DNA of 56,233 nt, taken from assembly GCA_963575745.1 (NCBI GenBank), contig CAUYUJ010000101.1, positions 62,001-118,233 of the forward strand, given 5' to 3'. Position 1 is the first letter of the stretch. Each line of letters opens with the position of its first letter. The position numbers and the translations under genes are program-made. Below, piece after piece: positions 37,398 to 53,099 of the stretch. The notes under the pieces were generated by a model. It searched no databases, was not told the origin of the DNA, and worked only from the letters and a program-made list of their open reading frames with translations. Origin of the DNA: Prorocentrum cordatum. Taxonomy: Eukaryota.

Positions 37398-38072
37398 GAC
37401 CAGTGTTAACCCAAGACGCATCAACGATGTCGCATTAAACCATCCCTCCAAGTTCTCCCTTCATTGGTCCCTACAAGAAGGCGCGCTCACTGCGGAGCCC
37501 CATTGCATAACGACCGTCTGAGAATACTCATCGTGCCAAAACACCATTCCTGGGAATTCCACGCCGCGAATCAAAGTGACGGTTGCGTCCTGACTATCCT
37601 AGATCGTGCCAGAATACCGCTCCTGGGAATTCAACATCGCGAATCAACGTGACCGCTGCGTCCTGGCAATACTCAAACGTGCCAAAGCACATCTCCTGGA
37701 ACTTAAATCATATGGACCCTTGGAACTGCTGCACAGATTCAAAACGAATGCGCGCGGCGCTAAGGCGAGAGCCACACGTTGAAAACGACCCGCCCTCCAT
37801 CCATGAAACAGTTGCAAACTGTGCAGACGAGTGTGCGCGGCGCTAGGGCGAGAACCAAATACAAATTGACAACGACCCGCCCTCCATCCTTGACAACGCT
37901 GAAACACGTTAAAACGAATGTGCGCGGCGCGAAGGCGAGAGCGGCCACAATTGAAAACCACCCGCCCTGAATCAGTGAAAACTGTTGCACATGTCAAGAG
38001 TTTCACGATCAGAAGTGGTGAGGAAGTCTAAGCGAAACGCCTGGCCCGCCCTCCCGACACGTCTGGGGGTGC
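37398..38072 (+). mobile_element. dispersed non-coding repeat family D (about 600-700 bp, internal subrepeats of about 85 bp)
   Basis: Starts GACCAGTG..CCAAGA..CATCAACGATG and ends GTGAGGAAGT..AAGCGAAAC..GACACG..GGGGG. Other copies are 33235-35362 (interrupted) and 50770-51344 (inverted). Confidence 0.7.
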
Positions 38073-38269
38073 GAAAGGAAGGAGTTACTCGTAAGGAAAA
38101 AGGCTGCAGGAGGAGGAAAGGGGGAGAGAGAAGAGGGGGGAGGGCGGGGGAGAAGGGGAGTGAAGCGAGGAACGGACAGAGGAGGAGGAAGAGGAAAAGA
38201 CAACAACCACTGGATGTCCACTGGTAGCTACATGATTGTGGAGACGCACTCCTGAACTTCGGCGGTAAG

Positions 38270-38885
38270 GTTTCCGTACTACCTACCTGCCGTTAGACCC
38301 GGAGAGAGCGAGGACCACATTACGTTGGATGCCATGACAACGTCTACGATCGCCCAGCTCAAGAAAGCCTTCGTCAAGAAGATGTGCGCCCCAGGCGAAT
38401 ACTCCAACTACTCCACCGAGGGCTACACGTACCTGAAAGCGTACTACATGAATCATGTACCAAACGAGCAGAACCTTCACTATCAGCCTGCTTCCACTGG
38501 CGGCACGAAATACCACAGTGAGATGCTCGACCAGTCAGGAGATCAAATCACGGACGACTACTGCAGGGAGAACAGATTGCTGCCCCGAGTGGCGATGCAC
38601 AACCAGCGCAGGCATACCGACCACATCGAGGGAGATACGAAGCACCCCCGTGGCCTTCGCAGCCCCAGTGACGGGCGCTGAACTGCAACATGGACGACCT
38701 CGGGCACAACAGCTTGTAATCTTCCACTTGGGTTAGCCAGAGGCTACTACGTCAAATTGCTTACAGAGCTGCAGGACATGCATGATGGGCAAATTGGATA
38801 TGACCCAACTTCGAGGACTGCTCTGCCGACAAGGTATGCCGTGTACAGCGCTACCGGCGGGCGACAACGCATAGCATTCGCTAGT
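38270..38885 (+). pseudogene. broken coding-like segment of unknown identity
   Basis: High-complexity ORF 38325-38681 with coding-like codon use, then frameshifted or stopped continuations. Confidence 0.3.
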
Positions 38886-40459
38886 GAGTAGCCTCGCCGG
38901 TCAGCCGCATCCTTTCCCCATCCCTCCTCCTCCTTCGTACGAGCCTCAGGACGTAGGACGGACAGGCGGCCTCCTTCCCCTCCCCCCTCTTGGGCGGAAA
39001 CATGTTCTACGTCGCAGCGCGGCAGGGTCAGTCCGCACGCGCGTTCCGCAGGCCAGGAGACGGCGTTGCGAACTGTCCCGAATGCAAGAGGAGAAGGTAA
39101 GAAGTGACCGGCTTCCCAAGGGGCCGTAGGCGACCCGAGGAGGAGGAGGAGGAGGAGGAGGAGGAGGAGGAGGAGGAGGGGGAGGAGGAGGAGGAGGAGG
39201 AGGAGGAGGGAGGGGTGGGCGGAGGAGATGGAAGAGGGAGAGGAGGGAGGAGGAGGAGGAGAGATGAGGAGGAGAGGAGAGAGGAGGTGAGGAGGAGGAG
39301 GAGGAGGAGGAGGAGGAGAGGAGGAGGAGGAGAGGAGGAGGAGGAGGAGGGGGAGGAAAAGGAGGAGGAGGAGAGGAGGAGGAGGAGGAGGACAGGAGGA
39401 AAAGGAGGAGAGAGGAGGAGGACAGATCACCTGAGCCCTGCGGAGAACCCCTCCAGGGGAAGAAGAGGGGCGGCCGCGGGAGAAAGCTCGTAAGCGGAAA
39501 CAGGGTCCTCAGGAGATCTGGGGGGAGGCCCCGAGCCCACCGCCCGCGGCGCGCCCGTCGGCGCGGGGGGCGGCGGCGCGGACGTGGGTTCGCTGCAGAG
39601 CGCTGCTCAATAGCAGCAGGAGAAGAGAAATCGAGACGGAACAGGAGAAAGAGGGGGAGGAAGGAAGAACGAAGGACGAGGACGAGGACGCACAAAGGAG
39701 GAGGAGGAGGGAGGAGGACCGAGGGCGGAGGAGGACGGAAAGGAGAGAGGGGTAGCGAGGAGGAGGAGCGTGAGGAGGAGAACAGGGACACCGGGTGGCA
39801 GGCAGTATAGGCGGGGGGGGGCACTCCTGCCGAGTCCTCCCTGCTGCACGTATCCCTCCCTCTTCATCATCCTTCTGCTCCTCCCCTTCCTTCCTCCCCC
39901 TCTCTCCCCCCTCCGAGGGCAAAGTCTTTCTCAGCTAGTGCATGCCCTCTCGCTTGTCTCGAACAGCACGCGCACGTGCCGATGGCTCAGCTCTGCTGCG
40001 GGTGATCACCAGCATCCGAGATCTCAAGAGCGGTGACTGCTGCCACGAACTCTCCGCCCTCCTCGCGGGCAGGTGCCGACGGGCTCCCGCCGACGTCACG
40101 CTCGGCTCCAGCTCTGGCTCCTCCTACATCGCCCCCCCCATTCGCGCTCTACTTCGACGCTGCCTCCCGTCGGCACGCCGTGGAAGGACAAGAAGACACC
40201 GCTGCCGCCACTCCCCAGACCGCTCTCGGGGTGCCTGTAGACCATAATCTGGAAGTGAGTCCAGCCGTGGCGGCGGAAAAAGGGCACCGCTATCGGTACC
40301 CTTCTGCTCCTCTGATACACAGCCCATGCCACTGGGATCCGGCCGGCTTCGCAACCCACCCCGACCCCACGAGTGCCGCAGTCGCAGAGCAGCGGCCGTG
40401 ACCGCCAGGCGCTTCCGCAGCGGATGGATGACGGCCCTCGGCTCCCGCGTCGGCTCTCC

Positions 40460-40695
40460 CGCCGCTCGCGGAGCAGCGACAGCACCCGCATAGCATGATG
40501 CCCCACTTTCCTGCGCGCGCCGACTCCTGCCCGCGTCTGGCTCCGCAGCGACAGAGCCCTCTGCCACTGCTCACTCTTCTCGCACGCACTGGTGGCGCAG
40601 CGCTGAGGCTGAAGACGTCGGTCTCTGGCGGCGCCTTCCGCACGTGCGCCTTTCTCGCACGCCCTTGTAGCAGCGCCGTAGCTGACCAGGGCTGC
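40460..40695 (-). pseudogene. degenerate PPR cassette A
   Basis: SYGAATRACEKG..TSACEKSEQWQRALSL with frameshifts. Confidence 0.7.
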
Positions 40696-41499
40696 TCCGT
40701 GACACAGCGTCCACGCAAGCTCACTCGCATGCAAGCGTGAGGACCTGCTGCCTGCTTGATTGGCTGCGTACTGCCTGCCTGCGTGCTCCAGCGTGCTGGC
40801 CCTGCCTGGTTGCCTGTTTGACTTGTCTCGTTCGCCCGTTCGTTGCCACATGCTGTTGCTTGGCCTTGCATGCTGCATGCTGGTTCCAGCGCTTGGCGCT
40901 GCAGCATGGAAAGTCGTGAAGCCCTCGAAAATGAAAGGAAACCTGGGGGTGGATCGTTACATGGCGGATTAAGTCTGATGTTAATAGTAGATGGTTGCTG
41001 GTGCCAGCAGGTGCTTATTCCAGCTTGCGTGAGCCAGTGCTCGTTTGCGTGTGCAGAAAGGCCGGAACTGAGGAGCGCCATGCGATAGGCGAAGAAGGTG
41101 GAACAAGAAGCAAGCAGCAAGGAGAGATTATCTACGAGAGGGAGCGAAGACTGAGGAACAAGGAGGATGATGCGAGGAGATAGGAGCCAGAAAAGCAGAG
41201 GTGGGAGGAAGAGGCGATTAGAATCGGGGGAAAAGCACGGAGCGGGCAGCGAGGAAACAAGAGCGGTGGATGGAGGAGACAGGAGCGAGGAGGAAGGAGG
41301 GAAAGGAGGAGTTCAAAGCGACGGTCGAGGCGAGAGGGGCGAGGAGGGAAGAGGGAGGGGCAAGAAGTGAGAAGGGAGGAGCAAGCAGCGAAGGGCCAGG
41401 AGATAGGAGCGAGAGAAAAGGGAAGGAGCGAGAAGGGAGAAGCGAGGGACGAGTGGCCAGGGGTGCGGAGCAAAGGACCAGGAGATTCCCGGCGCCGTC

Positions 41500-42100
41500 G
41501 CTGACTATGGTGGGCTCCGACGTGATCTCCCACATCTGGCCGAGCAGTGCCAGAGCCTGCTGCCACGACTTGATTTTCTCGCACGCGCTGGCCCCAGCGA
41601 TGTAGCTCACTACGGCTGTGCACCAAAGCCCGCTGTCACTGCTCGCGCGCAATGGTCCGAGCACTGCAGCTGAATGCGTCGAGCCCCCATGTTGTCTCCC
41701 ACATGTCACTGAACAGCTCAAGAGCCCGGAGGCACTGTTCGCCTGTCTCGCACGCACTGGCACCAGCGCTGTATATCGTCCTGTCAGGATTCAGTTTCGC
41801 CTCCCTCAGATCGCTGATCAGCGCAAGAGCATGCTGCCACTGGTCGCCTCTCCCGCACGCTATGATCCCAGCGGCATAGATGACGACGTTAGGCTGCAGC
41901 CTCGCCTCCCGCATCTCGCTCAGCAGGGACAGAGCCCTCTGCCACTGCTCGCCCTTTTCGCACGCGCTGGTGCAGGCGCTGTAACTGAAGACATCGGGCT
42001 CTAGCTTCGCCTCCCGCATCTTGCTCAGCAGTGCCAGAGCCCACTGCCACTGCTCGCTCTCGCACGCGCTCATCCCAGCATTGTAGCTGACTGGGGCTGA
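41500..42100 (-). pseudogene. PPR cassette B (about 5-6 35-aa repeats, decaying toward the 3' end)
   Basis: SYNAGMSACESEQWQWALALLSKMREAKLEPDVFSYSACTSACEKGEQWQRALSLL..; frameshift near 41640. Confidence 0.85.
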
Positions 42101-42149
42101 ACCGTGGACGACCGTCCGCTACATAAACGTCGGCCTCACGAGCTTATAC

Positions 42150-42660
<511 letters not shown>

Positions 42661-42949
42661 CTTTCTTCTTGCTGCATGGGGTTAGCGGCGAATGATAAGT
42701 TCGGCCCAGTTGCTCGTTTCCTTCTCCTTTCAAACCTTGGTGGGGACAGGATGTGGATGTGGTGGTTTGTGCAACGTGGTAGCGAAGCGTAATTTACAAT
42801 GGTTTACGTGCTCTGTTGCTCGGCAGGGGACCTCCTACGCCGAAGAGAGACAATCCAGGAGACGTCTGAGGGCCCAGGAAGTCCCGAAGCGGAGCCGCCC
42901 TGGCAGCGCCGCGGTAGCGAGTGGCCCTTCTGGCACGCGCGCTGCCTGG

Positions 42950-43290
42950 CATTGTAGTATAGATATGGTCGGGCTTCAACTTTGCCTCCCACATCTCGCT
43001 GAGCAGCGCCAGAGCCCGCTGCCACTGCTTGCCTTTCTCGCACGCGCTGATCCCAGCGTTGTAGTTGATGTGGTCGGGCTCCAGCTTCGCCTCCCGCATC
43101 TCGCCGAGCAGCGCCAGAGCCCACTGCCACTGCCAGACTTTCTCGCACGCGCTCATCCCAGCGCTGTAGCTGATGATATTGGCTTCCAGTTTCACCTGCC
43201 ACATCTCGAAGAGCAGAGCCAAAGCCCGCTCCCACCGAGCGCCCTTCTCGCACGCGCTGATCCCAGCGTTGTAGCTGACAAGGGCTGACA
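42950..43290 (-). pseudogene. PPR cassette C (3 repeats)
   Basis: SYNAGISACEKGARWERALALLFEMWQVKLEANII repeated at a 105-nt period. Confidence 0.85.
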
Positions 43291-43520
43291 CGCGCACGAA
43301 AACGTCACGAGCTGGCATGAGTTTGTGGACAAGCTTCCGAAAGACTGACATGATGACGTGGGGCTCGAGCTTCGCATTCAGAACATGCTACTGCGATGCT
43401 GCCTGCTGCCGCTCTGGCGTGCTGCTGGCAATGCTTGCCGCTGCTGCTGGTGCTGGCTGCCGGATGCTGCTGATGGTCAACTCTGCACGGTGCGTGCTGC
43501 TGCCCGCTGCCTGCTGCTAC

Positions 43521-43682
43521 GTTTGGGTCGGGCATGTCCCCCTTACAGGCGGATCTTCGACGAACAGAAAAGAGTCCAAAGATATGACAAAGGTTATCAA
43601 AGACAGCCGAAGAATCGTCCCCCGGGCTACTTGTCTACCATGTTTAGATATTCCTCCTGTAGAGGGGCATGCCCGACATAAT
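43521..43682. mobile_element. MITE family A, copy 5
   Basis: GTCGGGCATGTCCCCTTACAGG ... CCTGTAGAGGGGCATGCCCGAC. Confidence 0.75.
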
Positions 43683-43987
43683 GCTGGTGTTTAGTCTACG
43701 TGCTCCGAGTCTCTTCATAAGCGTCGGGGGGGCGTCACCCCCGCCGACAGCCCTACATCGACCCCCGCCGCGGGCACCATCTCCGAAGGCGGCGGGGCGT
43801 CTCAGAAGCCCTCTGGCCTTCTGAGGGAGCGCGCCGTGTCTTCAGGGAAGGCTCGGAAACCGTCTCAGAAGGCCGGGGAACTTCCGAGCCTTCTGAGAAG
43901 GCCCGCCCCTTGTCACTTCCCCCCAGGCTCGCCGCAGAACGGTCAGGGCATTGGATTTTAGAGGAAGACAAAAACGGCATCAGCAGA

Positions 43988-44128
43988 AACTTTGGAGGTC
44001 CGCGCGGATTTCTTGCATCTGCGCTGGACCCCCCTGGCGGCGCATCTGGCGCCGCCACCGGCGCACTCTGCGCGCCAGGGAGGGGGTCCAGCGCGGATCC
44101 AAGAAGTCCACGCGGACATCAAAAAGTT
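43988..44128. mobile_element. MITE family B copy
   Basis: GGAGGTCCGCGCGGATTTCTTGCATCTGCGCTGGACCCC pairs with GGGGTCCAGCGCGGATCCAAGAAGTCCACGCGGACATC. Confidence 0.7.
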
Positions 44129-44658
44129 GTTGTTGATTCCGATTCTCTTCTTCGAGATTGGGAACCTTAGGTAAGGAATCCAGGGTCTGGAGGCTCGCGG
44201 CTTGGCCATGGATATCACCGCCGCCCTCATCAGAGCAGGAATACTCCAGGGTCTGAGGCCTCCTCGGCACATTCCTGAAAGAAGGCCCCCAACGTATGAT
44301 CTGTTCAATCCCTGCGCTCTTCCTCGGTTTAGGCATCCTGGCCCGTCATCAGGCCCATGGCCCCGTGCCCTTCCGAAATGGATCTGGGGAGAAGAGAGCT
44401 GATCCTGGGGAAGGGGTCGGGATCTCTGGGGCCGCAAATCGACAAAACGCTTCGTGGGATGTCTGGGTCTTCCTCCTCCTCCTCCTCCTCCTGCTCCTCC
44501 TCCTCCTCCTCCTCCTCCTACTCCTCCTCCTCCTCCGACTCCGACTCCGACTCCGATGCCGACTCCGACTCGGATGTCTGGGGCCGCCAGCCCTGCCGGC
44601 ACGCGCTGGGCCCCGGGAGCTGCTGGAGCAGACTGGCGCTGGGCTCCAGCCTCCCCTC

Positions 44659-44836
44659 CGGAGCCTTGTCGGGGCCTCTGATGGGAAGGCCGGGGGCACG
44701 CACATCCCGCCCTCCCCGCGAACGACTGGAGACGACGTCGGGCTCCAGCTTCGCCGCCAGCACCTCGCCGAGCAGCGCCAGGGCCCGCTGCCACTGCTCG
44801 CTCTTCTCGCACGCGCTGATCCCGGCGTTGTAGCTG
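44659..44836 (-). pseudogene. PPR cassette D (1 repeat plus shared 3' tail)
   Basis: SYNAGISACEKSEQWQRALALLGEVLAAKLEPDVV followed by a tail homologous to cassette E. Confidence 0.8.
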
Positions 44837-44857
44837 AATATATATATATATATACAA

Positions 44858-44919
<62 letters not shown>

Positions 44920-47900
44920 GGCGGGCGCAGCGCCCCCGCGGGCCGAGCCCCCGGCGCGTGCAGGGCCGCGCTCCCCCTCGCCCGCGAGCCCGCGGCGCCC
45001 GTCCTCTGCGGCTGCCGGCTGCCAAGGGCGCGGCCGGCCGGCCGGCCGCGCGGGGCCCGCTTTTCGCGCGGCGGCGCGCCCGCGCCGCTCGGTGCGGCTG
45101 CCGGCCGGCGGGGGCCGTGCCGCCGCTCGCGGTGCCGAGGAGGCCGTGCGGGGGCGCCGCGTGCCGAGGAGGCCGTGCGGCCCTCCCCGCCTGCCGCCGC
45201 GGCCGCGCGCGGAGGGCTCGTGCATCTCCCCTCGCCGCCAAGAAGCCGGGCGGCCGGGCGGCGCTCCTGCTGCGGGAGGCCTGCTCCTCGACGAGGAGGA
45301 GGAGGAGGAGGAGGAGGAGGAGGAGGAGGAGGAGGAGGATGGGGAGGAGGATCGAGGAGGATCGAGGAGGAGGATCAAGGAGGACGAGGAGGAGGAGAAG
45401 GAGGAGGATCGAGGAGGAGGAGGAGGAGGAGGAGGAGGAGGAGGAGGATCGAGGAGGATCGAGGAGGATCAAGGAGGACGACGGAGGTGCGGGGTGGGCA
45501 GAGACACCAAGGAAGGCAGGGCAACGCGGACGGGCGGGAGGAGGGCGGGGGAGCGCGGAAAAGCAGCTGGGCCTGGTCGAGCCTCCGGGCAGGCCCTGCG
45601 CTGGATCGAAGCACCGAGTCGGATCGCATCGGGAACGGGTCGCATCTCCAGCGGATCGTCCCGAATCGAATCGAGATCGGATCGCTGCGCCTCGCTCTGG
45701 CTGGCCCTGGGTCGGTGAATCAAGCCGAATCGAATCGAAGCGAATCGGAATCGCGGACCTGGCTGGCGAATCGAGTCGCATCGAATCGGATCGTAGGCGG
45801 CGCTGCCTGGGCAGCATTTGCATGAACGAGTTCGCGACGTGCAGCAGCACAGCCTCCCTTCGGCAGGGGACTTCGAGGCACTCCTCCCGCGCCATGGGCT
45901 GTCCCACGAAGTGCAGGGCGCGGCTTTTTTTCCATGCCTGGCGCTGATGGCGCCACTCGCTGAGACCTAGTAAGGCTGCTTGCTTTTTGGCTGGTGCTGG
46001 GCCTCTTGTGGGCCCCCAGGGGCCCCGCAGAGGCCCTGATGGGCCTCTCGGGGGGCGTCTTCTGCGGCACTGCTGCACCTCCGAAGGGCTCCTTGGGGCC
46101 TCTTGGGAAGACATGTCAGGCCTCCGGGGGAGCCCACCAGGGGGGGGGCCGCATCCTCGCGTCCCCTCTACACCGCTGCCTCATGAACGAGCGCTCTCCT
46201 GCAATAGAGGCCTACGTATCCGCCGTGCTCATGTTCGCCGCGGGCCCCGCGCACAGCGCCGACGCGGGCGGGCGGGCTCGCAGCCTCGGCACCCTCCGTC
46301 TCGTTCTCCGACGGCGCCGTCGGCGAGCCCCATCGAGGCCCTCGAGGGACCCGAGGAGGAACGTTACAGCAGGGGCCCGACCACAAGAAACCTTCCGCAA
46401 GAAACCCACCCCTGAGTGAGACCCCAGGACGTCCCCTGATTTTTGGTGCGGGAACGTCACGCCTTCCACAGCATAACCAGCGAAACCCAAGAAGCCAAGG
46501 GCACCCTGGAGCCAAGCAGGGTGTTTCTTGGCATGGGCCTCCACTGTAGAGGGGGGCATCTCCAGGGGGGGAACATCGAGCTGGAATCGGCGATGCATCG
46601 CCGATTGATCGGCGACAGGCCTCCGATGGAGAAGCCGCAGGTTCCTGGGCGGGGTGGGCTGTCGGGCCCCTATCGGCGATGAATGGGCGATTGGTGGGTC
46701 GATGCGTCCCCCCATGCGAGCCCATCCCCCCTTGAGGGCCTCTCGGGGTCATCTTGCAACCATCCTGGGGCTCGCTGGGGTCTAGTGCGGCTCTTCTGGG
46801 GGCCTGGGGGCCGCAGCTCAGAGTGCTTCAGTGCCTGGCGGAGCTCTCCGCGGTGCCCTTGGGACGTCTGGGAAGGGCTTCGGGGCCATCTTGGGATGAT
46901 CCTGGGCTGTCGTGAAGCCGTCCGGCGGCCGCCCTGGTCGCGTCAGACGAAAGGGGCCTCCCGGCGCTGGAGGCGCCAATGCATCAAGGATAGCCAACGG
47001 CGGCGGGGCCGAAACCAGTTGCACGCGGCAGATATCGTAAACACCCTTCCTTATCCCCCCGTTTCATCCGACCCGACTTAAGGACCATCGGGGGCCATCT
47101 CGGGATATCTCGGGCGCGTCTGGATTCTTCAGGGGGCCCTCGGGTGAGCTTCTGAGGCTTCCGGGGAGCCGCGCGGATCGCCCAGGGAATGATCTGTAGA
47201 CGAAGAGTGGGGAACACAGAGAAGACACGAACACCTCAAAAGGAGTTTGACGATTGTCGCCTGCAGAGAGCCCTGCGCGGAGAAATCCTGCAGACTCTTG
47301 GGGAACCCGTGGCGCTATCTTGGGGCGTCGTGGCCCTTCTCGCGGGCCGGTCGGGCGGCTGGACCCACAGGCTGGCCTGGCGGACCAGCCAGGCGGGACA
47401 TCAAAGCGCGATTCGCGAATAGATCGATCGTGAGGAGTTTCGGGCGAAGGTGCGAGTCATCGGCAAATCGTGTGGAAGCCATGGGCGAAAGTGCAAGTCC
47501 TGAGTGGCGAGGGCGCGATGCCTGAGTAAAGAGTACGTAAGGCAGTCTCGGTCGAGAGAGAGCACGATTCCCGAAAGGCGAGGCAGCAAACACTTCAGAA
47601 CTGGTGAGGGAGTGTCAAGCCAGAGCACGAACGTCAAGCGAACTGCAATCGCATCTCGAGCGAGAGCGTGATTGCTGAGTAAGTTGTGAGGAGGTCTCAG
47701 GCGGGAGCCGTTGCTGTTGACTGCGAGCGTCGAAGGGCGCCCTTGAACTGCCAAAATCAATGCACCTTGAAAAAGGACAAGGGGAATCAACACTAACTGT
47801 TTCCAGAAGTGAGAGCTCAACAACGCTCCCGCCAGATACTTCCTCGCTCCGTGAACTGAAGAAATGGCGTTCTCCCCCCGCCGCCGAACAGCGCCCAAAA

Positions 47901-48871
47901 AAACAAGCTGACTTCCCGCGAAGAAGACCTCCAGGTTTTAAATCAAGAACGCCAACCACCTTTGCCGCAAATGACTAGCTCTCCAGAACAGAAGAGAAAA
48001 TAATCAAAAAATGCTCCAGCTCGATTAATCACTTGCCTCTTACTCGGCAGTTGGGCTGTCGCCTCGGCGCCAAAACGGAGATTTCCTACAACAATCGCAA
48101 GAACAACAATGCTCACGCTCAATACCTCCTCACACTTGTCTCAGACACTCGCCACCCGACAACATCAATGCTCCCGTCTGATGTATTCCTACTCTCTGAT
48201 GCATTCCTGCTCTCAGCAGGGAAACGCCCTCTCGCCATCTAGGAGTGGCGGTTTCCGCCTGAGCGCGCCAGCCGCCTGGGTGCTGCCACTTTGAAAACTG
48301 CCGCAGGGCGTTCGCCGAGGAAAATGATCCCAGAGGCTCCGGGTTGTCGAGACAGGGCCCGTGAAGCCTCACTTGCCCCAGAGGCTCTGAAGTCTCTCCC
48401 ACGAGGCCGGAGGCCTCCCCGTTAGCTCCGAGGCCTCTTCCAAGAGCCCTTCGGCGCCCCCCCCGTCGGGCATGAGGCATCCCCCAAAGGTCCTGAAGCT
48501 TCCTACAAAGGCTCTGAAGCCTCTCGCAGACTCTGGACCCCCCCCCCCCCGCAGGCTCTGGGCCTGCTCCCAGAGATCGCGGGGCCTTTCCCAAAGGTCT
48601 CAGACCTCTCCGGCCTGATGATACGTAGAGACACAGCAGGGGCAGGGCGGTTGTCAAGGAAATGTGCCCTCCAAGCTGGAGATGGTCAAATGCCTCGGAG
48701 GAGGTGTTGGCACAACCTCCTCGGGCTGGAGATCTGGGAAGGGAACATCGGGACCCTGCACATGAGATGCTTCTCACCTGGGAAGGGGGCTAGCATGACG
48801 TATTCATATTGCACCTAGAAGCATCGAGAAACATGTTATACGTACGTGTGGCTGTGATTGTTGAGCCTCTA

Positions 48872-49288
48872 CGGAGCCTTGTCGGGACCTCTGATGATAT
48901 AAGGCTGGGGGCACGTAAATCTCGCCTTCCTCGCGAGCGATTAAGATGACGTCGGGCTCCAACTTCGCCGCCAACATCTCATCGAGCAGCGCCAAGGCCT
49001 GCTGCCACTGACCGCTTTTCTCGCACGAGCTGATCCCAGCGCTGTAGCTGAAAACGTCCGTGTCCACATCCGCCGCCCGCATATCGGTGAGTAGCACAAG
49101 GGCCCGCTGCCACTGCTCGCCCTTCTCGCACGCGCTGACCACAGCGGCATAGCTGAAAGCGTCTGGCTCCACGCTCGCCTCCCGCATCTCGCTGAACAAC
49201 GACAGCGCCCAATTCCACTGCCCACCCTTTTCGCACGCGCTGATACATGCGTTGTAGCTGACTAAGGCTGACCCGTGGACTATCGTCC
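48872..49288 (-). pseudogene. PPR cassette E (leader, 3 repeats, shared 3' tail)
   Basis: SYNACISACEKGGQWNWALSLFSEMREASVEPDAFSY..LEPDVI; the leader matches cassette B and the tail matches cassette D. Confidence 0.85.
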
Positions 49289-49434
49289 ATGACTTCCAGT
49301 GGTCAGAGTGCCCCTGCTGCTGCTCAATGCTTCAGGGTGCACTGTTTGCTTGATGATCCCGACGGCGTCCACAGCAGCGCTAGCAGTATCAGCGGCAGCA
49401 GATCCGGGGGCACAGGCAGTAGCACCAGCAGCAG

Positions 49435-50745
<1,311 letters not shown>

Positions 50746-50769
50746 TCCGTTCTCCTTATAGATAACCCC

Positions 50770-51344
50770 TCCCCCCTCGCACACCAGACTTGGGCTGGGC
50801 GTTTCGCCTGAGATTTCCTCACCACGTATGACCCTGACCCTTAGAAATTGACAACATGTTGCGGGTGGTTTTGAAAATGTGGCTCTCGCGTTAGCGCCGC
50901 CTAAAGTTTGTTTGTAAGATTGTAAGAGCTTCACGGCTTGAGGGCGGCTTCTTTTCAAAGTGTGGCTCTCGGCTGAGCGCGGTGCACACTCCTTTCCAAA
51001 CATTGCAAGAGCTTCACGGATTCCCGTGCCCAACGTACCAGAAATGGTGTTCTGGGAAAGACTCAGGAGTATGAGGGTGCGAAAGTTAAGTGGGTTCGCT
51101 GTGTTGAAGTCCCAGGAACGGCGTTCTGGCACGATTCGGGATCATCAAGACGCAAAAGTCAGGTGGCGTTGGAGTCCCGAGGATAAAGCTTTGGCATGCC
51201 TCAGGGTCTTCAAGCGGCCGTCCCACAACGAGGCAGACCCCTCAGCGGAAATCAACCCCCGCAGGAACCTATGAAGAGGGAGCTTGGAGGGAGGGTTTAT
51301 TGGAGCATCGTTGATGACTCTTGGGTTTACGGTTTACACTGGTC
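50770..51344 (-). mobile_element. repeat family D, inverted copy
   Basis: The reverse complement carries both family D end motifs. Confidence 0.65.
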
Positions 51345-51427
51345 CTCCTCCTCCTCCTCCTCCTGCTCCTCCTCCTCATCATCATCATCATCCTCTTCCT
51401 CCTACAAGGAGGAGGAAAGGAGGAAGA

Positions 51428-51734
<307 letters not shown>

Positions 51735-53099
51735 GAGGAGGAGGCCCAAGATGATATGCAAAAATCACACCCTACACCTTTTGGGACTCGCTCGGCGCGG
51801 GAGGGGTCGCAGAAATAGCGTTCCCGGGTTGCCGCATTTGGATCTCACAACGATTTTCTGCAATCCCTCCCTCACGAGAAATGCCCCAAAAGGTGTGGGG
51901 GATACGGTTTTTGTCCCCAGAACTGGTGATTTCTGGGACCCTATCGGATCAGTTCGGTGAGAACTGCTGGAGGTCTTCGAGGAGCCCGTGGGGTATCACT
52001 TGGTCTAGTGAGCTGGGTCCTTCTAAGAAAAGGAGCCTGTCAGAGCCGTTTCGAGGGAGCTGCTGAAGGCTTTCCAGGAGCTCTGGGGAGTGTCCGTCTT
52101 GGAGCCTCAGGGGGGCTTCTTGCGGGCTTGCTGGCCGTGGGAAGGGCGGGAGGGGGTGAACACTCCAGAGTTGGCCCTGTTGGGCCTCTGTTGGGGCCGT
52201 CTTGGGGGGCTGTTCGGCCGTCATGGGAGTTCCCGCAGCTGGCTCGAGGGTCTCCGGGGCCGTCGTAAGCGCTATATTGGGAATTCTCTAGGCGCCCTTC
52301 GGAGAAAGTGTGAGGCTTCTCGGGGCGGGTTGGGCGTCTCCGTGGCCAGAGAGGCGATCGCGGGAGAAAGTGGAAGAAGCCCCGATAAGATCAATAGTTA
52401 TACGTCCTCGTGGCCCTCTGGGAGGCCATCTGGGAGCTGAGGGGAGCCTGGTGGGGGCCTTCCCGGGCCGTCTGGGAGGCCTCTCGCGCTGCGGAGGAGC
52501 GATCTGGGGGCCCCCTGGGGCACTCGCGGGGCTCTCCGGGGTCAGGACGGCGTCGCTCCACGAGCGGGGCGCGAAGGCGCCGCCGCCGCGAGCCCAGCGG
52601 GCGCGTAAACAGGGCTTCCGTCTGGCACGCGCCGAGCCCGGTATTGCACAATATAATACAGATGTATATATATATATATACTTATAATACTGTTGCATCT
52701 GTATGTGTATATAAATGTACATATAAATATATGTACATATATATGTGTACATATATATACATGATCCCGGGTCGAGGGTTCACGGCCCCCCCCAGGTTGG
52801 ATGGGCCACAGGCTTCCACAGACCCCCCCCAGATAGAACGGGGGGGGGAGGGACGACGACGACGCCGACGCCGACGCCGCCGACGCCCGGCGCCGACGCC
52901 GACGCCGACGCCGCCAACCCCGACGACGACGACGACGACGAAGACGACGAAGACGAACCTCCCCACACCCACAGGGACCACGCCACGCCCACAGGGCCAC
53001 GACCACAGGGGGAGAGGGGGGGGGCGATCCCATTCGCGAGGCCTTCGCGAGGCTCACAGGCGTACCCATTCAGCGGGAGGGGCTCGATCCCATATGCAT

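Noticed and set aside
37740..37960. CRISPR-like regularly spaced repeats (also 33550-33670, 34172-34700, 31640-31760)
   Set aside because: The spacers resemble each other, the repeats are degenerate, there are no cas genes and the context is eukaryotic. These are tandem subrepeats.
47401..47959. 165-aa minus-strand ORF
   Set aside because: No recognisable domain or splice support.
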